From contig JAAOMT010000240.1 in assembly GCA_016748015.1 (NCBI GenBank), positions 83,383 through 147,382 on the forward strand: a stretch of DNA of 64,000 nt. Direction: 5' to 3'. The stretch comes from Geosiphon pyriformis uo1 (Eukaryota > Fungi > Glomeromycota). The number at the start of each line of letters is the position of its first letter. Within the stretch, counting starts at the first letter, position 1. A program made the position numbers and the translations under genes. Below the pieces are notes generated by a model, which ran no database searches, was not told where the DNA came from, and saw only the letters and a program-made list of their open reading frames with translations. Of the stretch, positions 12,511 through 26,782 are shown piece by piece.

Positions 12511-15442
12511 ATGTCATGTACAAAAGTCCTAAAAGATCTTTCAATAGATCTTCAGTTCACCCTTCCCCCCAATAATAAACCGGTTTTTCTCAAAGTTAAA
12601 TTGAAGCGTGGGCAGCTACTCGTAGACGTTATACGCCATTTCATGGAAGAAAATAATGTTCCATGTTATTTAGAAATGTCTGTTTTATCCACAGTGGAAT
12701 CTTTATTGAAAGAGAGTTGGCGGCGAGATGTTGAATTACAGGGGGAGAGTATGTTATCAATTTAAATTTAAGACTTTATTTTTTCTGACGAAGCCTCATT
12801 TAAGCATTTGACTCTTTGATAATACGCAAGTCAAAGATAGTAAAACTGCGGAAAACATTCGAAAAGGCGTCATTGAAAGATATCAAAAACACACAACTCG
12901 ATATAATGAAACACCGGCAGAGGTAAATCCAAAATCGTGAAAATGCTATTTCACATTAATCATTTTACCCATTTCTTATTCACGATTGACTTCTTATTAA
13001 AGGATGTTTTCCCGAAAGCCTATCATACGCTCGTTCACTCACCAGTTCCATCCATATTTGATACTCTATTGCAGTTGGAGCAAAGCTTTAGTCAAGCGAT
13101 GAATGAACGACTATTAGCACGAGATAAAGAATTAACTGAGCTACGGCACAGGTGTGATTTTATCGAAAAATTGTTTATTTTGATCTTTTTTAACACGTGT
13201 CTGAACCTCACATTCTCCAATTAAGACACCGGAGAGAAATGGACAATGGAACCGAAAATGAAATCACCCATTTGTTAACTTCACATGTCGAGGTAAAAGA
13301 TCTATTTTTGTCTTATCATAGAGTTTTTAAGTCGATCAAGTCTTAAACAGCCCCCTTGACAGGAGTTGGAAATGAGTGAGGCAATGTGGGCTAGTCAACT
13401 TGATCAAACGCAACGCTCGCAAAAAAGCGAATATTGTGAATTTGTGCACGTATTATATGAAGCACATCAACGCTTACTCCATCAAAATTCGAATGATCCA
13501 TCTTGGATGTATCGGTTAGATGGAAAAGACATAGTTTTAGACGTTCTTAACGAACTCAAAAGTCGGGCCCCCAAATTATCAAAAGAAATGTTGGAAATGG
13601 ACAATCAGGAAAACACCACTCGAAGTCGTCATGGAAGTATTACCTCTTTAGCTGATCTGATGGTGTCACCCACCTTAATGACACCTCCTTCGCCTCGTTT
13701 CCAGATTAGCGACGAGAAGAAATCTGTATTTTTTGTGGTGGGAATCTTCAATTTTCTTTTTTTTTCGGATTTACTGCAACTCTAACGTTTAATCCTCTTG
13801 ATAGGAAGAAGATCCAAAACTCCAAAATTTGATAACACCAATTCAAGAGCTAGGGTTCAATGCAGAACAAGCTAAGATGGCTCTTGAAATGACTAATCGA
13901 AATTTGGTATTTGAATACATTTTTCGTATATTGCGAGTTATTATTAGATTCCTCACAATTTTGACTAAGATTTGTTTTGAAGGATCAAGCTGTTAATCTT
14001 CTATTTGAGCAATCGGACAAAATTGACGCCCAAATTGCAGCTGCCAATGCAGCTGCTTCATTACCACCTCGTAGGCCCTCAATTCATGTACTCGGGAAAG
14101 ATCAAGAAAAGCAGGGTCACCGAAGAAGCAAATCTCATTCTCGGCCATTATCACTAGTATTGCAAAAACCTGAACATAAAAAGAGCTGGTCGCCACTCTC
14201 CTTTCTTCATGAGCGTAAACAGTCAATGCTAACTTCAAACAATAATTCCACTGCCAGAAAGTTTGGAAGTTGGCTAGGAAAGGCTATGGAGAATTTCGGG
14301 TTAGATGATGCCAACGAGTATGTATGTGCTATACTTTAATTTTATTGATGAGCCGTTTTGGTACCTTTCAATAATAGCGACCTAGTATTGAACGAGAATT
14401 CTTGAAATAGGCATGGGCCTCGTGGACCCTTGGAAGATCCTCAACTTGTTGAATCTTTCACCATCTCTCTAGGAAATCAAGTCAAGTCCACCCACAATCT
14501 TCGTTTACTGGTGTCAAATATGGATGATTTGCTCAAGTCTTCGAATGATCCCGCGCGTGATATGGCTTACCGGGCACAAACTGCTGCGAACTTATATTCT
14601 CAAAATTTAACAGCAGTGGTCTTACTACTGACACCCAAAGATTGGCCAAATTATAAATTGGGAAAGACCGCCAATAAGGGTTAGCTTTGTAATAAGTCAT
14701 ACACAATTTATTTCTATGTAAAATCTCATTTCTTTCATTTTAAATCAGCATTTTTTGAAAGATGTAAAAAGTCCACTGAATTTCATTTTGATGACGTTGA
14801 AACACAACTTAAAGCAATTGAAGAAGATTATCCAACATACGAAAACCCTGAAAAGAGACCGATTCAAGAAGGTGAGTGTTCAAAATGTCATGGAGCTTCA
14901 AGAAATGTTACTGAATTTTGGTCTTTCAATTAAATTTTATTAGGCGACTTTTTCATCACCAAGCATTCCAATCTTCCTTTAATTCATATCGTATTTCATT
15001 TAGTAATTGATTTCGAATGTCAGTATTTACCCTGCTTCACTATTTCATCACGAATTTATCTCATTGCCTCTCTCTAAATTTAGCTATTCAAAGTTCCGAA
15101 TTGACTCAACGATCACCTGGTATCAACGGGTTACGTTACATTCTCCGAACTGTTAACCGTTTTGACATAACTAGCATTTCTCTTCCTTTTTTGCTTTTGC
15201 CCTCCCATGTCGACGCGTTCTCCGACACTTCTATACCTGAAAACATGTTATATAAACGGGGTGAACTTGTGTTGAAATGCACGAAGGGTTTTATGATCGA
15301 AAATTCACGTGTTCCAAAGCATAGCGTCGCCGAGAAGGAGCAAGAGACCAAAACAGTGCAATTTTTGCTACCAAAAACTGCAAATGATCAACAATTTCAC
15401 TCATTTCGTCTTTTGTTAACTAGCATCTTTCGAGCTAGTTAA
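12511..15442 (+). CDS. C12orf4: C12orf4 / FERRY complex subunit 3 homolog (DUF2362), multi-exon
   Basis: Motifs FPKAYHTLVHSP..LLQLE, ESFTISLGNQVKSTHNLRL, GDFFITKHSNL..HIVFHLV, GLRYILR, KRGELVLKCTKGFMIE. Confidence 0.85.
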
Positions 15443-16665
15443 TCATTTTTTCTATTTTAGCATTTTCTAAATCTTTAATTTTTGTACAATATGTTTATAT
15501 CGAAGATATTTTATTAGGAGGTATATATAAAAAGGTAATGTTACCATTAATAGAATCTCATTTTCCCTTCGCGCTTGTCAAGCATTCAGGGTTTTGCAAG
15601 TCTCTTCGTTCCACAGGGAATGATTCAAACACTCTTCACAAACTCCAAGAAGCAATAAATTTCCTCCAACTTTCCATTTTCTTTAACTCTGAGAGCAATT
15701 CCCAGCAATCTTATATTTCGAGAATGTGAATCTAAAGTAACCTCATACCGTGGCTCACTTTTCCGATGTTGAGTCCTGGAGGAAAACAAAAGTGACCTGG
15801 AAAAAAAGGGGGTCAAAAATTTCTGAAGATCCCTTGACCAGCCGGAGAGGATGTTAAAAAATCCCATTTGGCATGTTTCAATAGATTAAGTGAAGCACAT
15901 AACATATGCAACACCGTTTCATCCCCTGCTGGTGGAATGGGGTTCGTTCCCCTCAACATGCGTGGGTGTGGTGTCGTGTCAATACCTAAACCACTTCTCT
16001 TATTTCCCCTTCATTAAAGGTAGAAAATACTGCGGTTCATTTTTTCTGGGATGATATGGCGAATGATGCAGAGAGCCAAAAGAAACGGTAAGTGATAGAT
16101 CTATGCGGTCTCATGCAAAACTATGTAAGAAAAGTTTTAATAGAATATTTTTTTAAATTAAATTATCTAAATTATTAGAAACATAAAATAAATTAATTTT
16201 TAAATTTTTAAATTATTAAAATTTTATAAAAAACAAGCAAAATAATAAAATAAAAAATCTATTTTTGAATTGATTACTCTAATTATCTTATATAAAACGT
16301 ATTAAATAATTAATAAATATGAAACAAAAAAATAAAAAGATTAAAAAAAGGCTCAAAAAACTATTAAAAACTTTGAAATTTTTGTGATGTCAATTCACTG
16401 TCTGGTTTTTGTTACTATATTCTCATTTGATATATATATATATATATATAAAAAGGATTTTGGACAAAAATTTTAAAAATTGTAAATAAAATGTTAAACC
16501 CTCAGACCTCTAAACTATGATCCTCATTATTATTGTTTTCTTTTGTTTATTTCTAAACCAGTCTATTATTTTCCAGCACTGCTCTTTAATAAAATAGTAA
16601 ACATTATCAATGAAATTCTAATTTGAATTTTACTGACGGTCACCCGATTCTCTCGCGAAACATTA

Positions 16666-18778
16666 TTATTTAACATATCTTGCAATAGCTTGAACAAATG
16701 ATTCTTTGGTTTTTCTATCATCCGAGAAGAAATAATAAGGTTCTGTCGATCGAAAATCCACTTTGAACGAGTTAAGTATTAGCACTTCGGACTGAGCATC
16801 TGACACAGCAGCAACATCATTGTTGAGGTCAATTTTGGAAATGGGAAGCTTGTCAGTGGGATCACGGAAAAGGTAGAGGGTTTGACCACGTAGTTCAAAG
16901 TAACGACGTTTCCAAAACTTTTATAGGGAAAATTAGACCAATTTTAATATTATTATGGAGAGAAAATTTTTTTAATACATCCAAAAACTTTGGAATGAAA
17001 ATGCAATTGGCATTGTGTAGAAACAACTTACATAAACTCCACCACCTTGTACTGTAATATATCCATCTAACAAGACCTAAGAAATTTAACAGTCGACAAA
17101 TTCAGATCAATATTTAGAGCTTTCAAAATAAAGATAGAAAAATAGAGCTCTTCCAAATACCTTTCCACTTTTCTCCAATTCAGCAAATTGAGATTTGAGC
17201 TCTTCATTACGTCTCTTTTCCGCTTCTTCACGAGCCTTCTTTTCTGCTTCAGATTTTGCTTTAGCCTCGGCTACCGCTTTTTCCTTTTTTTGATTAAGAA
17301 GAGTATCTTGTTTCCTACGCTCAGCGTCTTCCAGCGCACGTCTTCTAGCCACTTCCTGAGCAATTTTCTCTGCATCTCTCCTTTGAGCCGCCTCACGTTC
17401 CATTCTTTCGCGTGTCTGCCTTTCAGAATCTTCACCAGTTCCCTTGTAGGTCTCTTGTGATGCAATTTCAGCACTATAATCTGGTTCTTTCTCATTTTCA
17501 ATAGGGGATTTAGGAGTAGGTGGTGTGCCAGGAGGTCCTTGTTGTTTTGGGCTGGAAGGTAATGTTCCCTGACGAAGATTTTGATTTCTAGGAGATGGCG
17601 AGCTTGGTCTGTCATCATTGGCACCAAGCTTTAATCTATTCCGTACATTGGCCTCCGAAAGATCTCCCGGAGTAGAAGCGCTAATCTGGATTTGATGTGC
17701 CTGCTTGACAAAATAATATGTTGTAGAATTGATTTTGAATTTAAAGGATCATAGAAGCAATTTAAAGGAAGAAAATCTTGAAAACTAAAAGTTTCCCTTA
17801 CCTTAAATTGTGCCCCAACTGCTCGACCATGCACTAAAGCACGAGCTTTTTATTACAAGATCCAAGAATAAATTTGTTATTAGAATCAAAATATTTCAGA
17901 TAAAATTGGCAATTAAATCAATTATGGGTTACCTCTTCTCACACCACTTAAGGATTATTATTATTGGAATGTATTAATAGTAATTTATAGTGATTAGAAA
18001 ATATAAATTGATTGATGGGTTCTTCACACTCCCTCAAAATTTCGAGTTTTTTCTGAACAAAAGAATCCTAAAAAAACTAACCTGACTTGTTCGCTTACAT
18101 AGGTTAACAAAACGAATCTGTTCTCAATCCTTAAAAAGCCATATAATACTTCCTCTTTCAAGTTTTGACGAAGTTCATCAAGACCACCAGTACCTTTTGA
18201 GTAAAGGGAGATTTTGTCGCGCGTATCGTGATATCCGAGAATGAGCCTGATTTTTGTGGACAAAATATAACATTTTATTTTATTCATATGTGTGTAGATA
18301 TAGAGATATATATATATATATATAGAGGTAACAAAGCTAATCCGAGAAAATTTTGTCCGAATTGTATTGTGGAAATCAATTAATGTTGATCCAAGTTATA
18401 ATTCGAATCCAAATATAAGGTCACGCAATTTTTTCGACACCCAAGTTCATTATTATCAATCGATTAATTAATTAATTAATTCATTCATTCATTAATTCAT
18501 TAATTCATTAATTCATTCCTTCATTAATGGATTAATGGAGGGGAATTAAGTTTAATTGTATTTTAGACTACATGCGCGATAAGGTCATGTCGCCCAAGTT
18601 TGACTATCCAAAAATTTAACGCAATCCAACAAGGAAAAATGACCCTGACATTAGCTAGTAGCTTTCAAAAACGCCCTTTCAAAAATTCCAATAAGAAAAC
18701 CCACCAGTTGGTGGCCTGACCACTGACAATCTCTTCATATGCTTGTGAAATAGCCGGGTCAGATAAATCGCAGGACAT
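16666..18778 (-). CDS. ADF-H (cofilin/coactosin-like) domain + coiled coil + C-terminal PH-domain protein
   Basis: Exon 1 MSCDLSDPAISQAYEEIVSGQATNW; then LILGY..SKGTGGLDEL..VLYGFLR..FVLLTYV and RRARALVH; E/K/R-rich coil; PH-like GYITVQ..FWKRRYFELRGQTLYLF. Confidence 0.8.
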
Positions 18779-21178
18779 GGTTGGGTATGTTTAAAGTTGT
18801 AATAAACAAAAAGCAATAAATAGTGATACTTTCGAAAAGAAAGTAAAAATGGTTGAAAAAGGGGCAAATTGAAATATTTTTCGTTCTATCCCAACAAAGA
18901 TTATAAAAGAATGAAAAGGGTGCCCGAGAAACTTCAAAGGTGAGAGATGAGAAAGTAGGTAGGAACAAAAGAATAGCGATGTTGGGGGTGACTGTTATAT
19001 GATAAAAATATGTTGTTCGAAAGTCGACATAATAAAAATTTGATTAAACGCACCAGTCGTAGTGCTTGTTTTTGTTGGTGCAGATTAATAGAATTATTAG
19101 ACAAGGCACACAACTACTCTTTACCTGTTACGGCGAAACCTCTGTGTAAATTATGTATTTAGTGGTGGTGTAAAATTGAACCAATGTAGAAAAAGCAATT
19201 TTTTGAACTTCAGTTTCCCTTAGATGAGAAATGCATCAATATGAATATAGGCAGGAAAACTGCAAAGTCACATTTCGGATTGCATTGAGAACCATTTTAC
19301 GTTTTGTGTGGGCAAAAAATTCGGAAATAAAAAAAGTAATTAATAAAAGTGAAAGTTTTGAATTTTTTTTCATTTGGGAAAAAACCGAATTAGCTGCATG
19401 AATTCAACAAAATTTTATTGAATAATTAAAAGGATTTCAGCAGTCGAAAGATGTAATGTACACTACTTGAAAAAAAAAACCGGGAAAATTAATCCAAAAA
19501 CTATGATACTCCTCCTTTCATCTTTTCTCCCAAACCAAACGGTCACACATCAATAAAGTTTTTAACGATCCACAACTCTTTTTTTAATTTTTTGATATCC
19601 CTAAATGATCTGTTCTTTTTTTTTTTTTAATAATAGTAATAGGAGTTTAAAAGATTTCATATCAACTTTGTTTTTAATGAGTTTTTTGAAAGAAAATAAT
19701 CTAAACAAGTTTTTAGGAGTAGAAAATGTTGGAATAATAAAAAATTATGTTTTTAAAAAATATTTGAACAAATTTTTTTAAATTAATATTAATTTGATTA
19801 TTTTATATTAGAAAGATATATATTTTAATTAATAATAAATTATAAAATTTATATTTATTATATTTAAATTTCTTTTTTTTTATTTGTAATTAATTATTTA
19901 AATAAAATAAAATAAAATAAAATAAATATGGTTAAAATTTAAAAAAAAATCATATATTTTTTATATTATTATTATTATTATTATTTTAAAAATATTGTAA
20001 TAAACAAATATACAGTATAAAACAAATTATTTAATAAGTATATAATATATATTTTAATTATATATATATATATACAGTATATATCATATGTATTTCATTA
20101 AAATAAAATTCAAGATCAGATTGAAGTTTAAAATTTTAAAGACTATAAATTATTTTTCTAAAAATAAAAAAAATAAAAAAATTCGCTGCCCATTAAAAAA
20201 ATTGGGTTTAATACGTCGTAAATTTATAATAAATTATTTTTCGGGATGAATGAATTTTTTTTTTGCACAATTTCAATTATTGTAATCACAAGAAAGAGTG
20301 TAACGTGAATCAGGTGAAAAGTCGAATGAAAATTGTGTTACTGTTACTTTAAAGTATAGTTCAAAAGTACAATAATGTCTTGTATAATAAAATCTTAAAA
20401 AGCTCAGTTTTATTGATTTTACTTTTTTTTAAAAAAAATTATATATTTTTTAGCATAAATTAACATAATCCGTTCTAATCCTTTAAACAAAAGTATTTTG
20501 AAATTAATTAATTAATAAAACATTTTTATTATTATTATTTAATACTTGAAAAATTATTTTTAAAGTCAAATTTTAGAAAAATAAAACAACAAATTAAAAA
20601 AAATATATTTTTTTTTATTTAAACATGAAAATTTTTGAACAAATATCTTAAATTATTAAAATATTAAAATAAAATATTTCACATATTAAAAATCAATTAA
20701 ATTTATTGATACATTTATTGTACTAATTTAGAATTTGAAATATTTTTTTATTTTAAATTTTCTTATGTGTTTAAAAAAAATATCTACTGATATAAAATAT
20801 TTCATTTAAAGCTTTCTAAATTGGGAAAATTATATATTCATAATTTTCTATCATGGGTAAAGGTCAAATGATCGTGTTGATCAAATTTCAATTGATGTAT
20901 TCCCCCATTCATCATATGACAAAAATGGAAATCACAATATAATCAAAGATCTTTTATGGTTACATTACCGTTTCATTCATTAATTCATTAAATTCATTCA
21001 AAACATCAAAATTAATTATTCGTAACCGTTTTTTTTTTGTTTTTTTTTTTAATTCTATTATACGTACGAGAAATTTTTGGTTTCTTTTTTAATTTTTATA
21101 CAGCAAAAACATCAATTGAATAAAGATAAAAAATAACTTTAACATTTCCTATGAAAAAATGGTTTTCTTTAAAATTTA

Positions 21179-21214
<36 letters not shown>

Positions 21215-21475
21215 TTTATTTTTATTATTAAATTTCTTGTTTCAAAATAAATAATTGTTAATAATAATATGAAAATTTTATTTTTTCATATTTTGATTTC
21301 AATTATTGCTTTTTATTTTCGTTTACACTGTTTCAATTCTATAAAAATTACTACTGAATCAATTAAAATAATACTTTACAAAAAAGTCAATATTGGATAA
21401 GATCCATATATCTCAATAAAATAAATTAAACCCCCTATTAAATCGTGTAACTTCTCTTCTATATAAATACAAACC

Positions 21476-21708
21476 ATGAGTTTTATACCCAAGGAATCAG
21501 ATAAAAAAATAATGGAACACCGTAAACTAGAACTCGAAAAGAAACGTCAAAAACTTGCTGAACTTCGTCGGGCTCGAGAGGAGCGTAAGTATGCGACCCA
21601 CACCACTGAAACAAAAGAATAAACCGGTATCTTTAGTTAAAAGTCTCTCCCGGCATAAAATTGCCTTTAGGAATTACTACTCCAGCAAGAGTCCTCCTTC
21701 CGCTAGCC

Positions 21709-21757
<49 letters not shown>

Positions 21758-24562
21758 TCAACAATAATAATAACAACGGCACCAGCACCAGCAGCAATAA
21801 TAACAACACCAATGTACCCAATTTAGGAAAGCCACCCACTGGAGGGAGAACCAACATTGACGACTTCATAGATCAAATATTCGACAAAAGTCGCTCGGGT
21901 CCACCTACCAACACCTCGCCTGGTGACTCAGATACTGGCTCAGATAAATATGTTGCAAGTGTCCCGAGCCACTTGAGGGGCATTTCCGTTCCTGCGCTTT
22001 CACCTGCTACCTCTGTTCCTCCAAGGTAGCTCAAAGGCAATAAAGTGACCTTGGTTGATTTTAATAATCTTTTTCGTTTCACATATATATTTCTTTTTTA
22101 AAAGCCCTTCAGTCGGCCCCGGGAATCGATTCATACTTGAATTCAAATATTTTGAGGCAGTTATACTTGACATCGCTCCAAAGGTTTAAAAAAGATCCTA
22201 ATTCATTTTCATCTCTTTCTAAATTAATTATATTTGTCTTTTTGATTAATTTTCATTTTGTTATTTTAAAAGGGAAAAGTCTTTTATGGGAAACCAGTTC
22301 AAACAACTGAAACTTCATTTGGACCTCAGCCACCTACCGAAGAAGAAATTTACGAGAAAGTCAAAAAAGAGTTCCAAGAACAGGAAACTGCTAGGTTAGC
22401 CGAAGAAGAGGCACAGCGATTGAGAGACCTTGAGGCCAAAAAAAAAGAGGAATTGGCTAAAGGTTAGTGTGATTAACCTTGAAATAATTTCCTATTTTGC
22501 CAATTTCTGTTTTTAATTTCATATATACATACATACATACATACATACATTGATAATGTCTTTTTTTCCTTAAAATAGATTTAAATGACAAAGAAAGGGA
22601 AAAAATTATACACTCGTCCGAATTTGTCGAATTTATTGATTATTCCACAAAAATTGTCGAGCGAGCATTAAATGAAGATTATGACATCTTGACCGATTAT
22701 ACAGTTAGCCCCGATGTTGACGGGTAAGTAGATAATTAAAAATCTGTTTTTTGGGTGTAGTGAAGCGTTTAACGATGTCTCTTTTTTTAAATATAGTGGC
22801 GATGAAGAAATTCATACTCGAGTAAAAACAGTATGCACTTTTTATGATGAAAAATGGTCCCAAAAGCGGTCAGTCACTGATGTAAATTGGTCACATAAGG
22901 TAAAATGATTACTTCGATTCTGTAAATTATAACGTGATTCATGGGCTAACTCATTTTTACCTGCAGTACCCTGAACTTTGTGTGGCATCTTACAACAAAA
23001 ATCCTATGGCAATGAATGAACCAGATGGGGTAGTTTTGGTATGGAATTCCCATCTATTAGAACGTCCAGAGTTTGTTTTTCATTCTCAGGTAATTTTATC
23101 CTTTTTATTATAGTACAAATTTTTTACTTTTATTTTCAATCAACTCGAAAGGTCCTCCCTATCCTTTTTTGATATTAGTCCGATGTCCTTACCACCACAT
23201 TCTCTCACTTTCATCAAAACCTCATAATCGGAGGCACCTATTCTGGTCAAATCGTGCTTTGGGATACGAGAGCAAAATCTTTGCCAGTCTCGAAAACTCC
23301 GCTCTCCGCTGCTGGTCATACCCATCCAGTTTACTCTATGCAAATGGTTGGAACCAAAAACGCCCACAATCTTATTAGTGCCAGTACCGATGGATTGGTT
23401 TGTTCGTGGCAATTAGACATGTTGGGTCATCCTCAGGTTTATATTCATCAAGAATCTTGATTTTTTCCGAATCTCTAATATGGGCTTGTATCCACGATTT
23501 TAAATCTATTTTTCGGTATCAGGAAACTTTGGAGCTTGTCCATCCAGCTCATAGCAAGACGGATGAGGTTTCTGTCACTGCGCTCGGGTTTCCAGATAAT
23601 GAGACAACAGCTTTTTGGGTCGGTACGGAAGAGGGGAACGTCTATCAAGCCAATCGTTTTGATAGAGCTGGAAGGTAAATGTTTAATAATCAAGTTGTAC
23701 ATATTCTTTATCATTTTATTTAACTTTGAATACTTTTTTTAAAACGCTCTACGCTCAATAGCAAAGCGGGAATAAATCAATATGACTACTACAAAGGTCA
23801 TTGGGGTCCAGTGACTGGACTGCAATTCCATCCTTTAGTTGGTCAAGTTGACTTTTCCGATCTGTTTTTAACTTCTTCAGTCGATTGGACTGTCAAATTA
23901 TGGAGAGCTAAGGTATGAAGAAGCCATTAATTCTCTGAAATATTCTTATAAACTAGTTTCTTGCTTTTATTATACCTTTAAACCAATTTTTAGTCGATAT
24001 CCACGCCGGCCACTGCCACCCAAAACATCACTCCTCTCTATTCTTTTGAAGGCTCGGATGATTATGTGTATGATGTTAAATGGTCTCCCAACCATCCTGC
24101 CTTATTTGGATCGGTTGACGGTACCGGCAGATTTTCCATTTGGAATTTGAATGCAGATACCGAAGTAAATATTATATTTTAACTATTTTGTTAAAGCAGA
24201 AAAGAGTATAAGATTCAGTGATTCTAACCAAACTTCAAAACATCCATCTCAGGTCCCTGTCGTCAATACCCAAGTAGACACTGGTAGGGCACTCAACAAA
24301 ATAAATTGGGATAAGGATGGTCGAAGGGTTGCGATTGGCGCATCAGATGGTCGTGTCCACGTTTATGATATTGGGGAGGCAAGTTTTTATATTTTTAATA
24401 CGTGTGTTCAACAAACCCCGCTCGTTATTTACATCCCTTCCAAATGCCAATTTCTAGATGAGTCATCCAAGACCCGATGAGGCAAATATCTTGCAAAAAA
24501 CCATATCCGAAATGATTGCTAACACTGAAAGTGAAGGTGGCCGGTATGCTGTAAAGGCTTAA
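21476..24562 (+). CDS. DYNC1I: Cytoplasmic dynein intermediate chain (WD40), multi-exon
   Basis: N-terminal [19 protein letters not shown]; light-chain site KPVQT; WD repeats [64 protein letters not shown]. Confidence 0.93.
21709..21813 (+). repeat. (AAT/AAC)n microsatellite encoding poly-Asn in dynein IC exon 2
   Basis: Uninterrupted AAT run, in frame with the downstream [11 protein letters not shown] segment. Confidence 0.85.
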
Positions 24563-25097
24563 ACAAAAGATAAATCCCAGTGTAGAGAGATTACAACGTC
24601 AAAAACGCTTAATACGAATATAATGTCGTAATTTTGTAATTAAATTTTTATGTGTATATTTAGGTATCTATTTTCAAGACGCGGTTATTTCTCGCGTTTT
24701 TGAAATTCTGTTTTTTTAATAGCTTGAATTCTCCCAATTTCAGTCATAAAATTTTCTCTACGAGAAACTGTCTAGCAATAAAAATTGATACAGTATATAA
24801 TTAACGCCTTTTTGTACCAAAGATCAATTTCTAAACTTTAAATGCAGAATTGTTAGAAAGCTCTGATACTCCGTTTTCATAATTGAAAGGGGAGTTTGCT
24901 CAAAATTTAATCCTCCAAAAAAATAAATAACTTGAAATATTTGTGGCTTTTTTTTCTGCAGACATCATTTTAATATTTGTCTCATACAGACTTGGATAAA
25001 ACCGAGTCCACAATGTTGAAACGTTTCGACATCACATCTATAGCCTAATTAAAAGGGATGTCAAGAGTCCCCCGTTTATTAGGGCGGTAGATAATTT

Positions 25098-26782
25098 TCA
25101 GAATGACAAATCCTGAATATATTGTTTATTCCCAATATGACACCGCACCGAATTAATGATAAATATCTCCTGACGTATTTCATCCTCAAAATTGGCCCCA
25201 ATAATGGTATCACGCAACCTTCTGTCGATGTTGTCTTTTATTGCCCAGAGAATGCTGGCGTGAAAGCGAGGGTTCTAATTAATAAAGGACAGAAAAAATC
25301 TGGATGATTAAATTAATAATTATTGTTATTTAAAAGATTTTACCCTACTCGCCTCATAGAATCGAGGTTGGCTAAAATCAGAGACGATACTATCAATGTT
25401 GAGCAGTAATTCTTTCAACTATTGATATTCGATAAATAATAGATAAGTTACGTTAGATAACGTAAGGAAGAGTGTAGCGCTACTCAAATAATAGTATTCC
25501 CATCTCAATTCTTAAACGACTCTAGTCAAAAAATGGGCGCGTCCAATAGGATTAGAGATTTTCATAATTTCAGCCACCTACCACCCCGATAATTTATTAA
25601 ACAAAGGCCCCTAGATTTTAAAATGAAGGAGTCAGAATGGGGACGCGAGGACTTGAGTTAAGCCCAGGAATTTCTTACCTTAAACTGTGTTGCATTTTCC
25701 ATTGCCCAATAAGACAATTTTCCACCATAAGAAACGCTGTCATGCTTATGTGGGACACCTTACCTCATTATAACCTTTTCCCACCTCGAAAGCCAGAAAA
25801 GAGCGGGTAGCTTCGTCGTTCATGAAACATTCGATTTTAGCAAATGATAAGGAGAACCTTTGGATATATTATTTTGCACTAATATTATCGAAATTTCCGG
25901 GACTCGGAAGAGTAGTGAATCAAACTCACCTTTTCTTTTCATAAACAGCTTGCCGTATTTTTTCCCAGAAAATTTGGATCTGGTGATATTTCAAAAATAT
26001 TGAGCGAGATAAACTGATGTGTAATTTTGCATCATCGGTTTTATTTAAAGAAGATGTCCCGAATTCTTGGGTCGCCACTGGGAATAGATCTTGGGTTTGA
26101 ATAAATGGGGTTTTTATGATATCTCCCGAGTTGTTTGCTATATCAATCTCTTTTTCATCTACATCACCGTTGTTTCTAACACAGGAAAATAATTTGAAAT
26201 CGTGGTCATATTGGGATATAACTGTCTCGGCATATTGCTTGATCTTATATATTAACTCCTGAAAATCCGGATCTATATCAACTTTTCGAGTATTTAGTTT
26301 ATGTTTTTGCTTTCTTTATTGTTACGTGCGCAATCAAACAGAATAAAAACAAATCATGAGAAAATACCTTCAACAAATACATGGGTTGGCCAATTTCCCT
26401 CGACATGAGGGCTAGATCGTATTCGGCCGTTATGCTTGCTTGGATCGTCGATGGATTTTGTGGTGCTGAAAACTTTATCTAAAAACGGACCAAGAGTGGT
26501 GAATGGGGTTTACAGAAGTTTTGAGTCAGAGCTCTAAATTTTTGGTATACTTGTGTATAACTCCAAAAAGGATGATGGAAGTGGGGGAAGCTCTTGTTTG
26601 AATTTCCGTTTCCTTTACAAATTACATTGAAAATTATACTAGATTAAAATAAATTTTTCACGACGTATGTCTCACCTCATTTCTTCCTCTTCCTCTTCTG
26701 TCCTCGCACGTTTCCCTCGAGTCTCTTTTTCATTCTCAGATTCGCCTTCTGAAGAAGACGTATAGTCAACCAACGCGTTCAT
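25098..26782 (-). CDS. USB1: U6 snRNA phosphodiesterase Usb1/Mpn1, multi-exon
   Basis: [11 protein letters not shown]; [20 protein letters not shown]; two 2H motifs LHISLSR and FHASILW; [11 protein letters not shown]; ends [16 protein letters not shown]. Confidence 0.9.

Noticed and set aside
15929-15953. A-box-like TGGTGGAATGG directly followed by T-loop-like GGTTCGTTCCCC, a possible tRNA or SINE
   Set aside because: There is no anticodon arm or acceptor stem between or around the motifs. The surrounding 15.5-16.1 kb has splice-like sites but no coherent ORF.
21619-21640. In-frame TAA before GTATCTTT in dynein IC, suggesting stop readthrough or an alternative genetic code
   Set aside because: A consensus GTAAGT donor at 21585 removes it in phase, and other genes here end in TAA normally.
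21633-21869. Poly-Leu, poly-Ile and poly-Asn ORFs (21633-21869, 29085-29340, 62742-62939)
   Set aside because: They are translations of (AAT)n microsatellites or antisense shadows of real exons.
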